Assembly: GCA_051294375.1 (NCBI GenBank)
Contig: CM119267.1
Span: 9,387,709 to 9,451,708, forward strand
DNA length: 64,000 nucleotides
Direction: 5' to 3'
DNA from: Paraspadella gotoi
Taxonomy: Eukaryota; Animalia; Chaetognatha
The notes beneath the pieces are model-generated. The model was not told where the DNA came from, did not search any database, and worked only from the letters and a program-made list of their open reading frames with translations. Position 1 is the stretch's first letter. Each line of letters starts with the position of its first letter. A program made the translations under genes and the position numbers. This document shows positions 57,333 through 64,000 of this stretch, one piece after another.

Positions 57333-57467
57333 ATTCGAAAAAAAAATCTAAAGGTGACCGGAAGAGCGCCTTATTAACACTCATTAAAAAATTATTTTAA
57401 TTCTATATTTTTGCAATGTAATTTAGTTATCACAATTTATTGTAGTTTTAGACCTGTTAAGTAAAAC

Positions 57468-60400
57468 ATGAAGCGTACGGGAAAAGTAAAACCTTTCAAA
57501 TCCTATAACTCTCAACAACATCTCCTAGAAAACGACGAATACGAAGAAGAACCAAAACGTGAGACGCGCGCCCCGGATGTAGGACGAGTAACCCCTCAGC
57601 CGCAGATTGAGCCAACGGGGCCTCCGGTTTCCGATGCAATCTTCGCCGCCCAAGCGACACGAGAGGCGGCGGAAAAATGGAGGACTTACTCGACGTCGCG
57701 GAGAATCGGCTTTCGACGTCAACAGTCTGTCGGCAGCCCCGTTCACACAACCAAGGAGGGAGGCCTGTGGAGTTTGAGTTCGGACAATCGGTTAGCCTGC
57801 TTGGGCCTCTCTTCCAGTCCCGACCAAGTGGACGGGATCGAGAGAGTGGCGGAAGGCAAAGGAGGTCGACGTCGCAGCAGCTTGGCCCAAAGTCGAGCTC
57901 TCATCCAGTACTTTTCCAGGTTGGGAGAATCGTCCAAAGAAGACGAGGTCGTCGACTTGGAATTCGTCGAGTCGCTGCTCAATGCCGGCGCCGACGTCAA
58001 CTGTCGTGACAAATGCGGGCAATCGATTTTCCACGAGGTGGCGCGAGCATGGCACACGGACGTCGCAAAGTTTCTATTGGCCCGCGGCGCCGATCCCAAT
58101 CTTGCCGATCACTACGGTCGGACGCCGCTCCACGTCGCCGCGGCCGTCGATTACCCGGAGATGGTGTCGTTCCTGCTCGATCATGGCGCCAACATCGAGG
58201 CGCTCAGCGACGAAAAACAAACGCCGCTCCATTTCGCAGCAAGGAACGATGCCGCCGGCGGCGTGAAAATTTTGTTTCGCCGGAACGCCGACATCCACGC
58301 CAGGGATTTCAAAGGAAGAACGCCGTTGCATCTGGCGGCGGAATTAGACCGAAGCGAGACAGCCAGATCGCTTATCGATCTGGGTGCACCTGCTGGGGTC
58401 ATGGACAACAGCGGACAAACAGCCATGGCATGGATGATAGTCAAGATGCCTCCAGTGGCGAAGGAGGGTCTGGATCAACTCCATATTTCGGACAGAGCTA
58501 ATCGAAAACAGTACTACTACTTGAATTTCTTGGAACCTTTGCCTCCAGTACCTACGGAGAGCATGAGAGCTACAAGGAAGGAGCTGGCTTCCTTTGAGGG
58601 TTATGCCAAGGGTTCTCTGGAATCGATTGTGCAACACAATCAATATGAGTTGATCACACACAGGGTCATCCAACAACTGATTCAGATTAAGTGGAAACGA
58701 TTTGGAAGAAGAGGAGCGTGGCTCGAGATATTAAAAAGCCTCATATATGTTTTGATTTGGTCGGTTCTTTTCATACTTCCTCCGCACGAATTCGAAAAAA
58801 AACGAGAGTACGTACTGTCTCGGGATTGGCACAGAATAGTCCTTCACGTGATTGGGATTGTTTTGACTCTCTATCTCATTGCCAATGAATTGTGGGAATA
58901 TTGTAAATCCAGTCAGAAGCACAGACAATGGAAGATGTGGCGACAGAAAGAAATTCGTAAAGATCTCGCGTACTGTCACCCGAGGTGGCCTGAAGAAAAA
59001 CTGTATTTGGAACAAGAAGAAAACGATTTGGATGGAACGAAACCATCTTATTTCAACGACGTGTGGAACATTTTTGATTGGGTTTGTTTCCTGTTGCTGT
59101 TAGTTTGCTCGATCCTGCATGTGGTCGACGTCGTAGATGAATCGAGAACAAGTGACTTCATCGCTCAACTTTACACTCAAATGTCCGCCGGAACGGTCGT
59201 TTTCATCTGGCTGAGACTTCTGAAAAATGTTCGGGTTTACAAACCTATAGGGCCGTTTATAGTTATGTTGACTCACATAATCGCCGACTTGCTAAAATTT
59301 CTCTTCTTGTACGTACAAATTCTTATTTCATTTTCCTTCGCGTTTTGGATCATTTACGGAGGCGTGCCAAGGTACAAAAATGACTTAACCTTTGAACAAA
59401 AATCTAAATGCGATGAAACTTACTACACCACGGGAGTCACGACCCCGACCCCTGTCACCAGTCTTTCTAATAATGTCAATTGTACTAAAATAGAAGTGGA
59501 AGGCATGATAAATTTTGGAGACCTAATGTACAGTATGTTTCGAATAACTTTGGTGGACGAGTACGATTTTAACAACATGCTGTTGATCGATCCCGTGATG
59601 GCTCGCATTCTCTGTGGGGCCTTTCTCACCATTTCCGCCATCTTACTTCTTAACATGCTCATTGCTCTTCTGTCTGACACATTTCAACGGGTTTACGACA
59701 ACGCCAAAGCCAACGCCCTGATGGAAAGAGCTCGTTTCATTGTCTCGTTGGAAGATAACTTGTCCGGCAAAAAGATAAACGAATACAGAAGGTACGTTCA
59801 AGAGTCCTGCTCACCATTAGGTCTTTACTACGATGACGACTACACCGACGGTGGAAGCGAAGACCTAATCAAGGTGACTATTCAAATTAAAAATCAATTG
59901 GACGACTTTATGGAAAATGAAAAACGGAAGGCGGAAGCGAGAGAAAAGGAACAAACGATTTTACGGGATTTTTATTCTACGTTTATGCAAAGAAGCGCAG
60001 TTGAGGACGAATTGCGAAGAACTCAGCCACCTCCAGCCCCTCAGAAAACGATTGAAAGGATTCTTCCGTGCGACCACAAGTCTGAACTAGAGCACCTGTT
60101 CAAAACAGTGCAACAGGTTCAAGCGCGCCAAGTAGCTCTCAATCAACGATATCAATCGGACATGTCTACGGTTTTAACCTTGATACGAAGTATGGCCCCT
60201 TCGCAGCCAATCAGAGTGGACGAGACCCTGACTCTCAGATCTGATAGGGCGATTCGAGAAATGGAGGCGCGATCGGATGAGGATTCACGGGATGAGGAGA
60301 GTCATTCCGTTTCAACGTCGAGAAGAAAGAGATCAAGAAGACGGAGGCGAACGCAATCGAGTAGCCTGAGTCGAGATAATCGGCGCGAGAAAACTCATCT

Positions 60401-60695
60401 TCCAATTCTTGAGCCTCTGAGAAACGAGAACATCAAATCAATTCCCTCAATTGGGGAATCGATGACTATTTCAAATTCACCGAGGCAGACGGAAGTTAAT
60501 GTTGTAGAGGTGAAGAACGAAGATATTCCAGAAAGTCGCGATCGGGTTTTTACTGTCGAGAAACCATACGGTTTAATCGGTCAAGAGGATATCGTCAAAT
60601 ACAACGTGGATGCTAACAGAGATGTTGTACAAGGAGAAAAATCAACTAACGTTATATCTTACGATTTGAAACCCCGGAAAAAGAAAAAGAATTAA
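57468..60695 (+). CDS. ankyrin-repeat TRP cation channel (TRPV/TRPVL-like), single exon, 1075 aa
   Basis: About 5 ankyrin repeats (GRTPLHVAA, QTPLHFAA, GRTPLHLAA); six TM segments with WNIFDW and GPFIVML; pore segment FRITLVDEYD; S6 LLLNMLIALLSDTFQRV; C-terminal coiled coil. Confidence 0.92.
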   Translation: MKRTGKVKPFKSYNSQQHLLENDEYEEEPKRETRAPDVGRVTPQPQIEPTGPPVSDAIFAAQATREAAEKWRTYSTSRRIGFRRQQSVGSPVHTTKEGGLWSLSSDNRLACLGLSSSPDQVDGIERVAEGKGGRRRSSLAQSRALIQYFSRLGESSKEDEVVDLEFVESLLNAGADVNCRDKCGQSIFHEVARAWHTDVAKFLLARGADPNLADHYGRTPLHVAAAVDYPEMVSFLLDHGANIEALSDEKQTPLHFAARNDAAGGVKILFRRNADIHARDFKGRTPLHLAAELDRSETARSLIDLGAPAGVMDNSGQTAMAWMIVKMPPVAKEGLDQLHISDRANRKQYYYLNFLEPLPPVPTESMRATRKELASFEGYAKGSLESIVQHNQYELITHRVIQQLIQIKWKRFGRRGAWLEILKSLIYVLIWSVLFILPPHEFEKKREYVLSRDWHRIVLHVIGIVLTLYLIANELWEYCKSSQKHRQWKMWRQKEIRKDLAYCHPRWPEEKLYLEQEENDLDGTKPSYFNDVWNIFDWVCFLLLLVCSILHVVDVVDESRTSDFIAQLYTQMSAGTVVFIWLRLLKNVRVYKPIGPFIVMLTHIIADLLKFLFLYVQILISFSFAFWIIYGGVPRYKNDLTFEQKSKCDETYYTTGVTTPTPVTSLSNNVNCTKIEVEGMINFGDLMYSMFRITLVDEYDFNNMLLIDPVMARILCGAFLTISAILLLNMLIALLSDTFQRVYDNAKANALMERARFIVSLEDNLSGKKINEYRRYVQESCSPLGLYYDDDYTDGGSEDLIKVTIQIKNQLDDFMENEKRKAEAREKEQTILRDFYSTFMQRSAVEDELRRTQPPPAPQKTIERILPCDHKSELEHLFKTVQQVQARQVALNQRYQSDMSTVLTLIRSMAPSQPIRVDETLTLRSDRAIREMEARSDEDSRDEESHSVSTSRRKRSRRRRRTQSSSLSRDNRREKTHLPILEPLRNENIKSIPSIGESMTISNSPRQTEVNVVEVKNEDIPESRDRVFTVEKPYGLIGQEDIVKYNVDANRDVVQGEKSTNVISYDLKPRKKKKN

Positions 60696-61044
60696 ATAAT
60701 ACTTACTTATTAAGTGATTGCAATCATTATCGATTAGCATCTATCTTTTATAAATATTTTTTTGGTATTTTTGTGTTTTTTGACATGTTGCATGAATTTA
60801 TAAAAAAGAATAAAAGTGAAACGGGTTCATATTTAGCTTGTCATCGTCTGGTAGGGCTGTTAAGCGGTAAATGTTAATCGGGGATCTCAAGTAAAAAAGA
60901 ATTTACGGCTGAATTTTTTGATATCCTTACTAAGAAAGAAAGTTACAGAGCCCCAGAGTCCAACATAACACGCAATCTCGATTACAGGAAAGAGTGTGTT
61001 GGTTTTAAATAAAAACAATGAAATACAGAAAAATAAAAATAATT

Positions 61045-61395
61045 ACTTATTAAATTGGTGCAACCAATATAAAAATTATTCCATTATTCAATAAACAAGC
61101 CATTAAGTCTCTCACAAGATAATGACAGAGGAAGTTTATTAACTCCGAGAGATCCTGGCTTCGCAATCAATGAAGTGATTTATTAATTTAACTTTTATAT
61201 GAAATTGACACAACCAATATAAAAATTATCCATTCATTTAATAAATAAGCTATCTTGGACAGGCATTGGTGGTTTAAGGCCTCCATCACTCTTACAAGAT
61301 AATGACATAGCAGGTCCCTGAAAGCTTTCAATCAAGACTCTCTCACAGTCTCGTTTATTCACTCCCAGAGTACCTGGTTTCCCTATCAATGACGT
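61045..61395 (+). repeat. two tandem copies of the dispersed ~170-bp repeat family
   Basis: AAATTG...CAACCAATATAAAAATTAT.CCATT...CAAGATAATGACA...GTTTATT.ACTCC occurs twice; related to 2459-2626 and 15930-16022. Confidence 0.75.
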
Positions 61396-61919
61396 GGTAT
61401 AATGTTTTATTATTTTCATATTTCAATAAGGTTGTAATTTTTTATGAGTTCGTAATGAACAAACTAAATACGGACCGCTATTTATTTTAGTGCGCGCAAA
61501 CTCATAATTTCTCCGTCTTTTGTTTCTTGATCGCCCTCTTTTTTTTTTGCGGACGCAACTTTGGTTCCACATCTTAATCTTCGTCGTCATCGACCTCGCA
61601 TTGATTATGCTCGATTCTGGCCTCGTAGGTTCGGGGGAAAAAACCGGCGTTCCCAAGGAATTACGTGTCCGACCTGGTTTTACAATTTTCTAATTTTGAA
61701 AAATAATTTACGAGGTTTCCTAATGTTTCCTACGTTTTCTATTATTGCTTCATGCATGTCTGTTTGTTTGTTATTGTATTTTTTATATTGTTACTGTGTG
61801 ATTCAAAAAATTGTTTTGCATGAAATAGATTATGTAAAAAACCTATTTTTGGGTTTTTTCTCTTGTAATTCCAGAACGTTCATTTGCTTTAAAGCGGTTT
61901 TACATAAAAGATTTTTGCC

Positions 61920-62267
61920 ATGCTGGAGCAAAGAAGCGTCGTTGGCGTCGTCCATCGGTTTCTTCAGGATTATGCAGCGGGCACGCCCACGAAATTGAAG
62001 TTGATTGACGCTTACATGGCTTACATCATGGTCACGGGAGTCGTCCAATTTCTTTACTGCTGCTTGGTCGGGACGTTTCCTTTCAACTCCTTTTTGTCGG
62101 GGTTCATCTCGTGCGTGGGTTCCTTCATCTTGGCCGCCTGCCTACGCATCCAGAGCAACCCACAAAACAAGTCAGATTTTCACCACATCGGACCCGAACG
62201 CGCCTTCGCCGATTTCCTTTTCGCTAGCATTGTCCTGCACTTAGTCGTGATGAACTTCATCGGTTAA
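61920..62267 (+). CDS. DAD1: oligosaccharyltransferase subunit DAD1/OST2, single coding exon
   Basis: 115 aa; [59 protein letters not shown]. Confidence 0.97.
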   Translation: MLEQRSVVGVVHRFLQDYAAGTPTKLKLIDAYMAYIMVTGVVQFLYCCLVGTFPFNSFLSGFISCVGSFILAACLRIQSNPQNKSDFHHIGPERAFADFLFASIVLHLVVMNFIG

Positions 62268-62422
62268 ATTTCGCTTTTGGAACTCTCGTTCAACTGAATT
62301 TTTTTTTTAATGGCAGAAATAATCGGTGTATATAGTGTATGACTCAATGCATTCCTTATTATGTTTTCCTAGTCGTTTTTATATAAAATAAGGCTTTAAA
62401 ATATCACTTTTATTTCTCAAAG

Positions 62423-63779
62423 ATGGCTACAGCTGGGTCCTCCCGTAATTTTTACACGAATAAAAACGTTTGCCCTCATCACCCCGATGCCCATTTGGTC
62501 GAAGACTATCGGGCCGGTGATATGATATGTTCCGAGTGTGGCCTCGTCGTCGGCGATCGCGTCATTGACGTCGGTTCCGAGTGGCGCACCTTTTCCGCTA
62601 ATGACAAAAACAATAAAGCGACGGACAACTCGCGCGTTGGCGGACCCGAGAATCCCCTGCTGGAGAATGACCTTTCTACAGTCATGACAATGCCGACCGG
62701 ACAGGCGGCTTACAACGAAGACGGCTCCCTTCGTTACCACCACAGGTCTCATTAATTTGTAATTGGTTATTGATAAAAATTTATGTGGCCTTATTAATGT
62801 TTATTGAAATTTATGTATATTAGGCGACAAATATCTTCGTCCGATCGAACTCTCATCAACGCCTTTCGCGAAATTCGTCAAATGGCAGATCGCCTCAATC
62901 TCCCACAGATGATTCCTGACAGAGCAAACACGTTGTACAAACAAGTCCACGATACTAAGACCATGAAAGGAAAAAGCGGAGATGCGATTGCCAGCGCCTG
63001 CCTCTACATCGCTTGCCGCCAGGAGGCCGTTCCGAGAACCTTCAAAGAGATATGCGCCGTTTCCAAAGTCTCTAAAAAGGACATCGGGAAGTGCTTCAAG
63101 CAAATCGTCAGAACTTTGGAGACGAGCATGGAATTGATTAAGTCGGGCGATTTCATGTCGCGCTTTTGTTCCAATTTGGGACTCTCGCAGACAGTTCAGA
63201 AAGTAATAAATTACATCATACACAAAATTACAAGATAATGCAAAAATACAAAAATAATTTTCTCTAAAAACGGTTTTTAGTGAAATGCTGTTAAATTAAT
63301 AGGCTTTGAGTTTGACCTTACTTGACACGAAGCATTAAATTTCGTCTTAAGTACTAAAATTTGCATTTCGACTTTTAATATGATAGACATTTTAATGAAG
63401 GATGACTAAATAAATTTTTCACCGATTAGGCCAGCATTCATATCGCTACCAAAGCCGTCGATCTCGATCTTGTACCTGGAAGAAGTCCGATTTCAGTCGC
63501 TGCTGCGGCGATTTATATGGCCTGTTCGGTGAGTTGTACAATGTACAATGTACATACGTTTTTGATTTAGAAAAGTTTGGTCTACTCATTGTTCAACGTT
63601 CATTAATTTTTTACTAGGCTTCCAAGGAAAAGAAAACTCAAAAAGAGATCGGCGACATCGCCGGAGTGGCTGAAGTGACGATAAAGCAAGCTTACAAACT
63701 TATGCTTCCGAGAGCGAAGGACTTGTTTCCAGATTCATTTCCATTCGATACTCCCATCGAACATTTACCTTCTAATTAA
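62423..63779 (+). CDS. GTF2B: general transcription factor IIB
   Basis: Exons 62423-62745, 62824-63202, 63430-63528, 63618-63779. Zn ribbon CPHH...[24 protein letters not shown]; cyclin repeats [19 protein letters not shown] and [15 protein letters not shown]. Confidence 0.97.
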
Positions 63780-64000
63780 ACATTTAGTCTCTTTTTTTGT
63801 ATAAAAGTCACTCAATTTTTATTTTGATCTTAATGTTGCTTGTTCAAAATTCCCTTGGGTGGCGTTAATATCTAATGCTTTTGTTATGCCGCGAGAGAAT
63901 TTATTTCGAAATATTCGTTTTTCTTCAGTCCTTAGTTTAGTTTTCGATTAAAACTGTCTGAGCCTATACCCAACTTAACTTTTATATTTGGTGATCATGG

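Noticed and set aside
57496-59680. Overlapping antisense and alternate-frame ORFs within the TRP gene (similar ones within the TPR and calcineurin genes)
   Set aside because: They are expected shadows of GC-rich coding sequence and contain no recognisable motifs.

Overview
Eukaryotic (metazoan, probably a compact-genome marine invertebrate) genomic window with spliceosomal introns, many GA/CT and GAAA microsatellites, and several 1-nt indels that look like assembly errors. Left to right it contains: (1) a head-to-head pair of sialic-acid pathway genes, CMAS (minus, 8 exons found, 3' end not located) and NANS (plus, 8 exons); (2) two divergently oriented orphan secreted prepro-proteins, one Gly/Tyr/Pro-rich and one His/Lys-rich, both with RRRR-Q processing sites; (3) between them, a TRIM-type LTR element with tRNA-like LTRs, interrupted by a 2.1-kb TIR element; (4) a divergent, intron-poor calcineurin A gene apparently nested in an intron of a same-strand orphan gene; (5) an SCP/calexcitin-type EF-hand gene with duplicated first and last coding exons; (6) a tightly packed plus-strand run of Tctex1-domain, TTC24-like TPR (CaaX), intronless ankyrin-TRP channel, DAD1 and TFIIB genes that may be operon-like. 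All gene models were built by hand from splice signals, reading-frame phase and remembered family motifs. No database searches were run.
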